NCBI GenBank assembly: GCA_963795405.1
Contig: CAWCHS010000004.1
Coordinates: forward strand, 279,674 to 343,673
Length of the DNA: 64,000 nucleotides
Source of the DNA: Vulcanimicrobiota bacterium
Lineage (GTDB): Bacteria > Vulcanimicrobiota > Vulcanimicrobiia > Vulcanimicrobiales > Vulcanimicrobiaceae
Reading direction: 5' to 3'
Shown here: positions 55,678-64,000 of the stretch, piece after piece
Layout of the letters: every line of letters begins with the position of its first letter
Position numbering within the stretch: position 1 is the stretch's first letter
Translations under genes and position numbers: made by a program
Notes under the pieces: generated by a model
Seen by the model: the letters and a program-made list of their open reading frames with translations, nothing else
Told to the model about the DNA's origin: nothing
Database searches by the model: none

Positions 55678-57228
55678 TCAGCCGAGGTCGGCGAGGGTCA
55701 GGTCGCGCGCGCCCTTCCACTGCTGCCGATAAGCGGCGCGCTCGACCCCGTCGTCCTTGTGCTGCGCGGCGAGCGCTTCGGCGAGCCCGAATTCGAGGTG
55801 CGGGTCGTTCGGGAAGCGCTTGAGCTCCGCCGCGAAGACGGTCTCGGCCTGAGCCGGCTTCTTCGCGGCGAGCAGCGCGGCGCCGTAGCCTTCGCCGATC
55901 GGATCGGCCCAATAGTCCTTCGGGTCGCCGCCGCCGTCGTTCTTCGTCGCTTCGTACGCGCGCTGGTAGGCGGCGGCTTCGGCGCTCGCATCGCCGGCAT
56001 GGCGCGCCAGCGCGGCATCGATCAGCGCCTGCGCGACCGGCTTCGCCGCTCCCGCCTTCGCGCGCTCGGCTTTCGCCCCCGCGACCTCGCCGCTGCGGGC
56101 CGCCGCGATCCCGCGGATCGTCGTCGCGCTCGCCGGCGCGACCGCGAGCACGGCTGCATCGTCGTGCGTGCGCAGCGCGACCTTCGCCTGCATCGAGGCG
56201 TCCTCGTTCTTGGCGAAGGCGCGCGCCTCGGCGTCGCGGCCCAGCGTCGTCAGACCGTACAGCACGAAGTCGACGTCGTGATCGTGGTAGTCGTGCATGT
56301 AGGCCTGTCCGGGGCCGTTGCCTTCGGCGAACCACGCGCGGTCGTTCGCGACGGCGCGCTCGTTGTCGTCGACCAGCTTCGCGTACTCGCCGAGCCGGGT
56401 CCAGATGTGCGCCGGCATGTGCGCGAGGTGCGAGGTTCCCGGCGGATAGCCGTACGACTCGAGCGCCTCCGCGTCAGCGACCGCCTCTTGCGGCCGTTTG
56501 ATCGTCTCCAGCAGGTGGATGCGCAGATGGTGCGCGCCGAGGTTCGTCGGCTCGAGCTTCAGCGCGTCGTCGAGATCGGTCAGGATCTCGTTCGCCTTCG
56601 CCGTCGGCGTGCCGTGCGCGTCGAGCAGATCGTCCTGGGCGTTCCAGATCGCGAACGCCGCGACCGTCAAGACGTTGGGATCGTCGCGATGCGTCTTCGT
56701 CCACGCGCTCAGGGCGCCGGCGTAGCGCGTGAAGCGCTGCTCCTTCGTCCCTTTCCCGTAACGCTTGCCGAGCGCGTCGATCAGCACCCGCTCGAGCACG
56801 CTCGCGTGCGCGAGATGACGGCGTCCGGCGGCGACGGCAGCCGCCCCGCGCTCGTCGCCCGCGGCGCTGTCGGGGAGGTTGATGTCGATCGTGTCGGCCT
56901 CGCCCTCACCCCAGTAGCCCAGCGCGAGATCGGGATCGCGCTGCACCGCGGCGCCGAAGGCGACGCGCGCCTCGCCCACGTCGAATGCGTAGAGCATCAT
57001 CAGCCCGCGGTCGACCAGCCGCTGCGTCTGATCGTCGGCGCCCTGCAGCGCCCAGTGCGCGTGCGCGGGCTGCGAGGTCGCGGGCTGCGGCGCGTGGGTC
57101 GGCGCCGCCGGCGGCGCGGCGGCCGGAGACGGAACGGCGCTGGGCGCGGCGGCCGAGGGGATCGGGCTGGGCGGCGCCGTCGCGCCGAGCAGCGCGGCCG
57201 CCAGCGCGAGCGCGAACGGGCGGATCAT
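55678..57228 (-). CDS. Secreted TPR-like helical protein
   Basis: Signal peptide; PDLALGYWG, GAHHLRIH, HLAHMPAHIW. Confidence 0.7.
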   Translation of the reverse strand: MIRPFALALAAALLGATAPPSPIPSAAAPSAVPSPAAAPPAAPTHAPQPATSQPAHAHWALQGADDQTQRLVDRGLMMLYAFDVGEARVAFGAAVQRDPDLALGYWGEGEADTIDINLPDSAAGDERGAAAVAAGRRHLAHASVLERVLIDALGKRYGKGTKEQRFTRYAGALSAWTKTHRDDPNVLTVAAFAIWNAQDDLLDAHGTPTAKANEILTDLDDALKLEPTNLGAHHLRIHLLETIKRPQEAVADAEALESYGYPPGTSHLAHMPAHIWTRLGEYAKLVDDNERAVANDRAWFAEGNGPGQAYMHDYHDHDVDFVLYGLTTLGRDAEARAFAKNEDASMQAKVALRTHDDAAVLAVAPASATTIRGIAAARSGEVAGAKAERAKAGAAKPVAQALIDAALARHAGDASAEAAAYQRAYEATKNDGGGDPKDYWADPIGEGYGAALLAAKKPAQAETVFAAELKRFPNDPHLEFGLAEALAAQHKDDGVERAAYRQQWKGARDLTLADLG

Positions 57229-57725
57229 CGCGTGCCCGTTTCGAGATAGGGCCACGGCATCCCGATCGCCGCCGCGAGGCGACGCTCCTCGGCTTCCATC
57301 GTCGCTCGCTCGGCGGGCTCGAGGTGGTCGTGCCCGGCCAGGTGGAGCACGCCGTGGATCAGCAGCCGCCGCACCTCGGCGCCGGTCGAGGCGCCGTAGT
57401 CGTCGGCCTGACGGCGCGCCGTGTCGACGCTCACGACGATGTCGCCGAGCATTCGTTCCGCTTCGCCGTCGTGCGCGAGCGGCCGCGTCGCGGCGCCGGA
57501 TCGCTCGAACGTCTCCGGCGCGTAGAGCGGGAAGCTCAGCACGTCGGTCGGCGCGTCCTTGCCGCGGTGCGCGCGGTTGAGCTCGTGCATCTCCGGATCG
57601 CGCACGAAGGTCAGCGAGACGCTCGATCCCGCTTCGCCGATCTCGGCGAGCAGCCGCTCGAGGTCGCGGGCCAGCGCTCGCGTGTCGAGGCCGCTGCCGC
57701 GGGTGCGGTTCGCGACGTAGATCAA
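57225..57725 (-). CDS. ybeY: rRNA maturation RNase YbeY
   Basis: TDVLSFP, LGDIV, HGVLHLAGHDH. Confidence 0.95.
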   Translation of the reverse strand: MIYVANRTRGSGLDTRALARDLERLLAEIGEAGSSVSLTFVRDPEMHELNRAHRGKDAPTDVLSFPLYAPETFERSGAATRPLAHDGEAERMLGDIVVSVDTARRQADDYGASTGAEVRRLLIHGVLHLAGHDHLEPAERATMEAEERRLAAAIGMPWPYLETGTR

Positions 57726-58699
57726 CGCTTACGCGCGTCGCGTTCGCGCGAGAGCCGGTCGTAGGCGGCGACGATGCGGCCGACCAGCGGGTGCCGCACG
57801 ACGTCGGACTCGTCGAGCCGCACGATCGCGACGTCGTCGGTCTCGGCGAAGAGCCGCTCCACGTCGAGGATCCCGCTCCGAGCGCCGCGCGGCAGATCGA
57901 TCTGCGTGTCGTCGCCGGTCACCACCATCTTCGAGTTCGCGCCGAGCCGCGTCAGGAACATCTTGAGCTGCTCGTGCGTCGCGTTCTGCGCTTCGTCGAG
58001 AATGACGAAGGCGTCCGAGAGCGTCCGTCCGCGCATGTACGCGAGGGGCGCGACTTCGATGATCCCGCGTTCGAGATAGCGCTGCGTCGTGCCGTCCTCG
58101 AGCAGCTCTTGGAGCGCATCGTAGAGCGGCCGCAGATACGGGTCGACCTTCTCGCGCAGATCGCCCGGCAGAAAGCCGAGCTTCTCGCCGGCCTCGACCG
58201 CCGGCCGCGAGAGAACGATCCGCGCGACCTCGCGGTTCTTCAGCGCGCGGACGGCCATCACGATCGCCAGGAACGTCTTTCCGGTCCCGGCGGGGCCGAT
58301 CGCGAAGCTCAGCGTGTTCGCGTCGATCGCGGCGACGAGCCCGCGCTGGCCGGCGGTCTTCGGCCGGACCTCCCGGCCGCGCGAGGTGGAGATCAGCGTC
58401 GGCGGGATCCCGCCGTTGCCGCGTTTCTCGGCCGTCGCGGAACGGGCGGCCAGCGCGACGTCGTCGGGACTCACCTGCGCGCCGGAGCGCGCCGCGGCCA
58501 GCATCGCGGCCAACACTTCCTCGGCGCGGCGCACGGCGGCGCCCTCGCCGCTGACGTGGACCCGGTCGCCGTCCAGCCGCAGCACCACGGGGATCAGCGC
58601 CTCGAGCGCGTTCAGGTTCTGGTCGCGGTGCCCGCAGAAGCGGAGGGGATCGGAAAGACCCGCGAGGTCGAAGACGGCCTCGCTCGTGATCGACGGCAT
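57722..58699 (-). CDS. phoH: PhoH family ATPase
   Basis: GPAGTGKT, RPAVEAGEKLGFLPG, YMRGRT, DEAQN, GDDTQIDL. Confidence 0.95.
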   Translation of the reverse strand: MPSITSEAVFDLAGLSDPLRFCGHRDQNLNALEALIPVVLRLDGDRVHVSGEGAAVRRAEEVLAAMLAAARSGAQVSPDDVALAARSATAEKRGNGGIPPTLISTSRGREVRPKTAGQRGLVAAIDANTLSFAIGPAGTGKTFLAIVMAVRALKNREVARIVLSRPAVEAGEKLGFLPGDLREKVDPYLRPLYDALQELLEDGTTQRYLERGIIEVAPLAYMRGRTLSDAFVILDEAQNATHEQLKMFLTRLGANSKMVVTGDDTQIDLPRGARSGILDVERLFAETDDVAIVRLDESDVVRHPLVGRIVAAYDRLSRERDARKR

Positions 58700-58735
58700 C
58701 TCCCCGCTATAACGCCGGGCCGTCGCGCAAGGTTG

Positions 58736-59245
58736 TCAGCGGAGCGCGCGCGGCGGGCCGAGGACCTCGGCCAGGATCACCGCGGTCCGGGCATGCGCCG
58801 AGTCGCCGAACGCCGCCGCGAGCGTCCAGCCGGAGCCGGCCGGAGCGCCTGAGGGGACGGCCGGCCGCAGCGCGGGCGAGGGCGGAAGGCCCGTCGGGCG
58901 AGGAGCCGGTGGAACGCTGACGGGCCCGGCCGCGGCACCCGTGGCGGGAGTAGTAGCGCCCGCGGGGCCACGCGGAAGCGCGCTCCGAGACCGCTGCTGC
59001 AGCGTCTGCCGGATTTCGAGCAGCTGCAGCTCGGCCGGCGAGGGTCCGCGCGGTGCGGCACCCAGCGGCACGACGGCGTACGGCGCGATGCCCGGCGCGA
59101 CACCGGATGGTGCGGCGCCGCGCGTCTGCGCGGCGTCCGGCCGCGCCGCGGCGGTGCGCTCCGCGACGCGCGCGGCGGCTTTGCGAAGCTGGTTCACCGC
59201 CGCGATGAGGGTCACGGCGATGACGATCCAGGCTCCCGGATTCAC
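58736..59245 (-). CDS. YqfB-like hypothetical protein
   Basis: N-terminal TM, low-complexity middle, C-terminal [15 protein letters not shown]; follows floA. Confidence 0.6.
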   Translation of the reverse strand: MNPGAWIVIAVTLIAAVNQLRKAAARVAERTAAARPDAAQTRGAAPSGVAPGIAPYAVVPLGAAPRGPSPAELQLLEIRQTLQQRSRSALPRGPAGATTPATGAAAGPVSVPPAPRPTGLPPSPALRPAVPSGAPAGSGWTLAAAFGDSAHARTAVILAEVLGPPRALR

Positions 59246-60255
59246 GACGTCGACGAGACCGGCGTGGCGGAGGCCGAGGCGTCTCCGGCGCCGACGCTCG
59301 AGCCGATCGCGCCGCGCATCTCGGTGTCGGCTTTCACGTTGTTGAGCTTGTAGTAGTCCATCACCCCGAGGTGTCCGGCGCGGAACGCTTCGGCGATCGC
59401 TTCGGGGATCTGCGCCTCGGCCTCGACCACCTTCGCGCGCATGCGCTGCGTCTCGGCCTTCATCTCCTGCTCGGCGGCCTGCGCGGCGTACTGCCGCTCC
59501 GAGGCCTTCGCCTGCGCGATGCGGCGGTCGGCTTCGGCCTGCGAGGTCTGCAGGTCGGCGCCGATGTTCTTGCCGACGTCGACGTCGGCGATGTCGATCG
59601 AGACGATCTCGAACGCCGTCCCCGCGTCGAGCCCTTTCGCCAGCACGGCCTTCGAGATGCGATCGGGATACTCGAGCACTTCCTTGTGGTCGATGGCGGC
59701 GCCGACGGCGCTGACGACACCTTCGCCGACGCGCGCGACGATCGTCGGCTCTCCGGCGCCGCCGACGTAGCGGTCGAGGTTCGAGCGCACGGTGATCCGC
59801 GCTTTGACGTTGAGCTGAATCCCGTTCTGCGCGACGCCCTGGAAGATCGGCGTTTCGATCACCTTCGGGTTCACCGAGGTCTGGAGCGCTTCGAGGACGT
59901 CGCGGCCGGCGAGATCGATCGCGGCCCCGCGCTGCCACTCGAGCGGGATCTGCGCGCGCTGCGCGGCGATCATCGCCAGCACGACCTTGTCGACGTTGCC
60001 GCCGGCCAGGATGTGCGACTGCAGCTGATCGACGGTGAGCGGCAATCCCGCCTTGCGCGCGCGGACGAGATTCGAGACGATCAGGCCGGCCGGAACCCCG
60101 ATGATCCGCATCCGAATCAGCGAGCCGATCGAGAGCGGAACGCCCGCGGCGATCGTCCGCACCCACAGTCCCAGCGGGAAGTAGTACAGGAACAGCACGA
60201 TCAGGATGACGATGGCGATAACGACCACCGCACTGAGTGCCCCGAGCTGCGTCAT
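59242..60255 (-). CDS. floA: Flotillin-like protein FloA (YqfA)
   Basis: [51 protein letters not shown]. Confidence 0.95.
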   Translation of the reverse strand: MTQLGALSAVVVIAIVILIVLFLYYFPLGLWVRTIAAGVPLSIGSLIRMRIIGVPAGLIVSNLVRARKAGLPLTVDQLQSHILAGGNVDKVVLAMIAAQRAQIPLEWQRGAAIDLAGRDVLEALQTSVNPKVIETPIFQGVAQNGIQLNVKARITVRSNLDRYVGGAGEPTIVARVGEGVVSAVGAAIDHKEVLEYPDRISKAVLAKGLDAGTAFEIVSIDIADVDVGKNIGADLQTSQAEADRRIAQAKASERQYAAQAAEQEMKAETQRMRAKVVEAEAQIPEAIAEAFRAGHLGVMDYYKLNNVKADTEMRGAIGSSVGAGDASASATPVSSTS

Positions 60256-60289
60256 GAGGTCCCTTCCTAGAGGAATCGCGCGCGGTCCG

Positions 60290-61618
60290 CTACAGCGGGC
60301 GCACGAAGATGCGCGACCCTTCGACTCGCGTTACCCGAACCGGTGTCCCGGCCGGAACGAAATTCCCTTCGGTGAGCACGTCGACCCGCGTCGCCTCGAT
60401 CGTTGCGACGCCCGTCGGACGGAGGAAGGAGTCGGCGACGCCGCTCTTTCCGAGCAGCGAACGGTAGTCGGCGCTCGCGACGTAATCGCTGCCCTGCGCC
60501 CCCAGGAACATCAGCCGCTTCGCGAACGCGTTCTCGGGGATGAAGCGCCGCGCGATCGCGAACGCGACGGCGCTGAGCACGATCGCCACCGCCAGCGCCT
60601 CCAGCGCGCCGACGAAGAACGCGAGTCCGAAGGCGAACACGACCGCCCCGACGAGCAGCACGAGGCCGAGCACCCCCGGCACCCCGTGCCCCGGGAGGAC
60701 GTGCAGCTCGAGCAGGATCAGCCCGAGCCCCAGCAGCGCCGCGAACACCACCAGGTCGTTCGAGAACCCGGCGTACACGTGGGTCCCGAAGAACAGCGCG
60801 AGCGACCCGGCGCCGATCGCGCCGGCGACGAGGTGCAACGTCTGCAGCTCGATCAGCAGCCCCAGGAACCCGACCGCCAAGAGGATCCCGCTCACGTCGG
60901 GGTTGGTCGCGATCCGGGCGACTTGCTCGGCGAACGAGTATGACGCGTTCGCATGCGGCGCGCCGGCGAGGTCGAAGGAGGCGAGCGCGGCATCGAAGGT
61001 CGGCTCGATCGCCTCGGCGATCCCGGCCTGGCGTGCCTGATCTGCGGTCAGCGTGAGAATCGCGCCGGGTGCCTTGTAGCGCGGCGCGTCGACTTGCGGA
61101 TCGACCATCGCCGCGGCGAGGGTCGGGTCCCGATGGTAGCGCGACGCCGTGGCCTCGAACTCGGCGCGCAGCGCGGAGATCGTCTTGACGGTGGTCGGGA
61201 TCGGCTCGGCGGCGCCGATCGAGCCGGTCGGCGCCATCGCGATGTGCGCGGCGGACAGACTCACCAGGGCGCCGGCGGACCACCCGCGCGTCACGTAGGC
61301 ATCGACCGGGACGGGGCTCGTCAGCAAGGTGTCGCGAATCTCGGTCGCCGCGCTCACCAGCCCGCCGAACGTGTTCACGTCGAGCACGATGGCGCGCGCG
61401 TGCTGCGCGCGGGCGTCGGCGACGGAGCGCTCGACCAGATGCGCCATCCCCTCGTCGATCGTCCCGTGGATCGGGACGACGACGATCTCCCGGCCGGGGG
61501 ACGCGGCGGGATCGGCCGACGCAGCCTGGCGGGTCAGCACCATCGCGGCGAACGCGACGTACAGGCCGAGGGCGAGGGCGGTGATGAGCAGGCGGACCAC
61601 GAGGGGGCGAGCGGTCAC
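60290..61618 (-). CDS. nfeD: Long NfeD family membrane protein (YqeZ-like)
   Basis: NTFGG, SAGA, IGAAEP ClpP-like domain; TM bundle; C-terminal OB ([13 protein letters not shown]). Confidence 0.9.
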   Translation of the reverse strand: MTARPLVVRLLITALALGLYVAFAAMVLTRQAASADPAASPGREIVVVPIHGTIDEGMAHLVERSVADARAQHARAIVLDVNTFGGLVSAATEIRDTLLTSPVPVDAYVTRGWSAGALVSLSAAHIAMAPTGSIGAAEPIPTTVKTISALRAEFEATASRYHRDPTLAAAMVDPQVDAPRYKAPGAILTLTADQARQAGIAEAIEPTFDAALASFDLAGAPHANASYSFAEQVARIATNPDVSGILLAVGFLGLLIELQTLHLVAGAIGAGSLALFFGTHVYAGFSNDLVVFAALLGLGLILLELHVLPGHGVPGVLGLVLLVGAVVFAFGLAFFVGALEALAVAIVLSAVAFAIARRFIPENAFAKRLMFLGAQGSDYVASADYRSLLGKSGVADSFLRPTGVATIEATRVDVLTEGNFVPAGTPVRVTRVEGSRIFVRPL

Positions 61619-61628
61619 GTCAGGCTGT

Positions 61629-61649
61629 ACCTCGGCGAACCGCCGAGGT
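61629..61649. other. 9-bp perfect hairpin between yqeY and nfeD
   Basis: ACCTCGGCG-AAC-CGCCGAGGT; no U tract. Confidence 0.5.
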
Positions 61650-62092
61650 TACGCCGAAAGCTCCTCACCGACAACCCGCCGGACGGCGCTCCCGTCGGCG
61701 ACCCCGCGGACGCGCGGCATGACCGCCTTCATGACGGCGCCCTGGTTCCGGCCGGCCTCGGGGAGCGCGGCGAGCGCCTCCCGGACGATCGCCCGGATCT
61801 CGTCCTCCGAGAGCTGCGCCGGCAGGTACTGCTGCAGGAGGTCGCGCTCGCGGGTCTCCTTCTCGACGAGCTCGGTGCGCCCGGCGGTGCGAAACTGCTC
61901 GATCGAGTCGTTGCGCTGCTTGACGAGCTTCTGGACCACGGCGGCCTGATCGTCGTCCGAGAGATCGCTCCCCGCCTCGATGCGCCGATAGTTGAACGCC
62001 GAGACGACGCTCCGCAGCGCGTCCAGGCGAACCTGGTCGCGCGCCTTCATCGCCTCTTTCATGTCGGCCGCGATCCGCTCTTTGATGCTCAC
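61649..62092 (-). CDS. yqeY: GatB/YqeY domain protein
   Basis: DMKEAMKARD, KQRNDSIEQF, YLPAQLS, ADGSAVR. Confidence 0.92.
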   Translation of the reverse strand: MSIKERIAADMKEAMKARDQVRLDALRSVVSAFNYRRIEAGSDLSDDDQAAVVQKLVKQRNDSIEQFRTAGRTELVEKETRERDLLQQYLPAQLSEDEIRAIVREALAALPEAGRNQGAVMKAVMPRVRGVADGSAVRRVVGEELSA

Positions 62093-62094
62093 CT

Positions 62095-62141
62095 GGCTTC
62101 ACGTTCCGTGAAGCCGTCGCGTTCGCCCTGCGGGCGATCCG
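62095..62141 (-). repeat. Divergent copy of the double-hairpin element
   Basis: Minus strand reads CGGATCGCCCGCAGGGCGAACGCGACGGCTTCACGGAACGTGAAGCC. Confidence 0.85.
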
Positions 62142-62149
62142 TTGCCGTC

Positions 62150-64000
62150 TCAGCGTCCCTGGTGGAAACGCACCTGTAGCCGGATCGTCCGCGGCAGCGT
62201 CGGGATCGCGAACGGGATGTACGAGGACTGCTGAATCGCCCCGCTCGGTCCGAGGTAGTTGCCGACGATCGGCGTCCCGACGTTCGGCAGCGGCAGATAC
62301 TGCAGGTAGTTGTTCGTGTTCAGCAGGTTCTCGACCGAGACTTGCAGCTCGACGGCGCGCGTGATCGGATGGCGCATCGTCAGATCGAGCTGTGCGAACG
62401 GCAGCTGATAGTACGGGTTGTTCCGTCCTTCGTAGTCGACGCCGAGCGCAGCGTACGAGCCGTCGCGCATCGTGTAGGTGAACTGCGTGTAGCCCTTGAG
62501 GTACGGGATGCACACGGGGTTGTTCGGATTCGCGAGGCCGTTGCCGCAGATCTGCACGTTGGTCGCCGGAACGGTCGGCTGCGCCGCCGACGTCCCGAAG
62601 ACGCTGGCCGGGATCCCTTCGATGAGCGCACGCTCGGCGGTCGCCGCGACGTTGAACCCGAAGCCGGTGCGCGGCGCGTACGTGTACTTCAGCGTCGCGA
62701 GCTGCGAGCGCTCGCGCGATGCGTTGATCGGCTCGGTGGTGAACAGCGTTCCGCCGCTGATCCCCGACGATCCCGGCGCGCCCGCGACGGTGAGCGGCTC
62801 GAAGACGTTGCGGATCGTCAGATCCTGCAGATCGAGCGCGAGGACCGCGCCGTTGCCGAACCGTTTGTCGGCGCCGAGATCGAGGCCGAAGCTCTGCTCA
62901 GGGTCGAGGAATGGGTTCTTCTTGAGCAGGAAGGCGTTGTTGTTGGTCGTCGCCGAGGGCGGCTGGTAAAACGGCGAGCCCGTCACCTGGCCCGGATACG
63001 GGAACGTCTCCGACGAGCCGGCCGAGAAGCGGTACGAGAGGTCGTTGGTCGGGCGGAACGTCAGCGCCAAATGCGGGTCGAACCGGTTGAGCTGACGGTT
63101 CAGCGGCGCCAGGACGGCGTTTCCGGCGGTCACGACCGTCTGGTCGCCGAGCAGCTTCCAGGTCGTGTCGTACAGGCCGACCTGAATCCCGAGGTTGCGC
63201 ACGAGCCGCAGATCGCCGGTCAGCGAGAAGGTGGTGTAGCGTTCCGTCGAGTTGGGGACCGCGATGTTCGTCGGCGTGTTGTAATACGCGAACACGTCGG
63301 TCGCGTGGTAGTCGTAGTTGAAGCCCAGCAGGCTGTCGCCGACGGGGTACAGCAGCGACGCCGTCCCGCCGTACAGCTTGTCCTCCTCCAGCTCGCTGAA
63401 CGGCGCCTGGAAGCACTCTTCCTGTCCGTTGTAGTAGCCGCGCTGCCCGCTCGGACTCGTGCTCTGGCTGAACGGGCTGTTGCACTCCGAGTCGAAGGCG
63501 CTCGTCGAGGGCGGTGCATAGAGCGTGCTTGGCGGGGGACCGAAGAACTCCGGATAGTACCCTTCGCCTTGGCCGTCGACCACGTCCGGCTGGATGTTGC
63601 CGGCGTAGGGGCGCAGCAGCAGCGTCCCCTTCCCGATCGCGGTCCGGAACTCGGCGTCGTACATGCCCTGGTTGAAGTAGACGTTCGAGCCCGGATACCA
63701 GGCGTATGCGGGGATCTTCTTGCCGATGTACTCGGAGTCGAGCGGGTTCGTGCACTGACTCGTCGTCGTCGGCGCGCCCCCGAAGCAAGGCTCGATCGTC
63801 GTCAGCCCGAGATAGGTTCCGTAGGCGACGCCCTGCGGCAAGTAGCCGCCCCACGCGCCGACGAAGTCGACCTCGAACGAGGTCGACGGCGTGAAGTTGT
63901 AGCGCAGCTTCGCGATCTCGCCTTTCTGGAACAGCGAGCCGCTGGTGTTGCCGCAGAACTGGATGATCCCGGTCGACGCCGGCGTGTTGTCGTTCGAGGA
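62150..64000 (-). CDS. TonB-dependent receptor, C-terminal barrel (5' end outside window)
   Basis: LDPEQSFGLDLG, alternating beta strands, VSVENLLN, PRTIRLQVRF; frame open to the window edge. Confidence 0.85.
   Translation of the reverse strand, partial: SSNDNTPASTGIIQFCGNTSGSLFQKGEIAKLRYNFTPSTSFEVDFVGAWGGYLPQGVAYGTYLGLTTIEPCFGGAPTTTSQCTNPLDSEYIGKKIPAYAWYPGSNVYFNQGMYDAEFRTAIGKGTLLLRPYAGNIQPDVVDGQGEGYYPEFFGPPPSTLYAPPSTSAFDSECNSPFSQSTSPSGQRGYYNGQEECFQAPFSELEEDKLYGGTASLLYPVGDSLLGFNYDYHATDVFAYYNTPTNIAVPNSTERYTTFSLTGDLRLVRNLGIQVGLYDTTWKLLGDQTVVTAGNAVLAPLNRQLNRFDPHLALTFRPTNDLSYRFSAGSSETFPYPGQVTGSPFYQPPSATTNNNAFLLKKNPFLDPEQSFGLDLGADKRFGNGAVLALDLQDLTIRNVFEPLTVAGAPGSSGISGGTLFTTEPINASRERSQLATLKYTYAPRTGFGFNVAATAERALIEGIPASVFGTSAAQPTVPATNVQICGNGLANPNNPVCIPYLKGYTQFTYTMRDGSYAALGVDYEGRNNPYYQLPFAQLDLTMRHPITRAVELQVSVENLLNTNNYLQYLPLPNVGTPIVGNYLGPSGAIQQSSYIPFAIPTLPRTIRLQVRFHQGR

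Noticed and set aside
1-64000. Many long Arg/Ala/Pro-rich ORFs (e.g. 6114-8789, 45348-47918, 55288-57249)
   Set aside because: Off-frame or antisense shadows typical of high-GC DNA; no motifs, and they overlap well-supported genes

Overview
GC-rich bacterial chromosomal segment, densely coding, with no integrase, transposase, prophage or CRISPR. A Bacillus-like yqeY-nfeD-floA-phoH-ybeY-dgkA-recO / ruvX-mltG-DUF1292 gene order sits next to a TonB-dependent receptor, which suggests a diderm Terrabacteria lineage such as Eremiobacterota (inference). It holds about 60 CDS (nrdJ 3' end, pip, class II uvrA, Fpg/Nei glycosylase, glnA, split transketolase, ettA, korAB, tadA, signalling genes, three double-retropepsin proteases) and five tRNAs. 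The most notable observations are: (1) a dispersed two-hairpin intergenic element in five copies at three loci, with compensatory base changes and conserved C(GNA)G loops; (2) a soluble chemoreceptor with two tandem MCP signalling domains and a C-terminal sensor-like domain; (3) tadA whose only canonical starts lie inside or upstream of tRNA-Arg(CCG); (4) a probable GUA start for a glycolipid synthase; (5) a chaB/PIG-L/methyltransferase/GT2/acyl-CoA dehydrogenase cluster of unknown product; (6) degenerate signalling motifs (TIGGG channel filter, GGDEF-like kinase N-terminus, Asn-less cyclase). All product calls come from motif recognition by eye; no searches were run.
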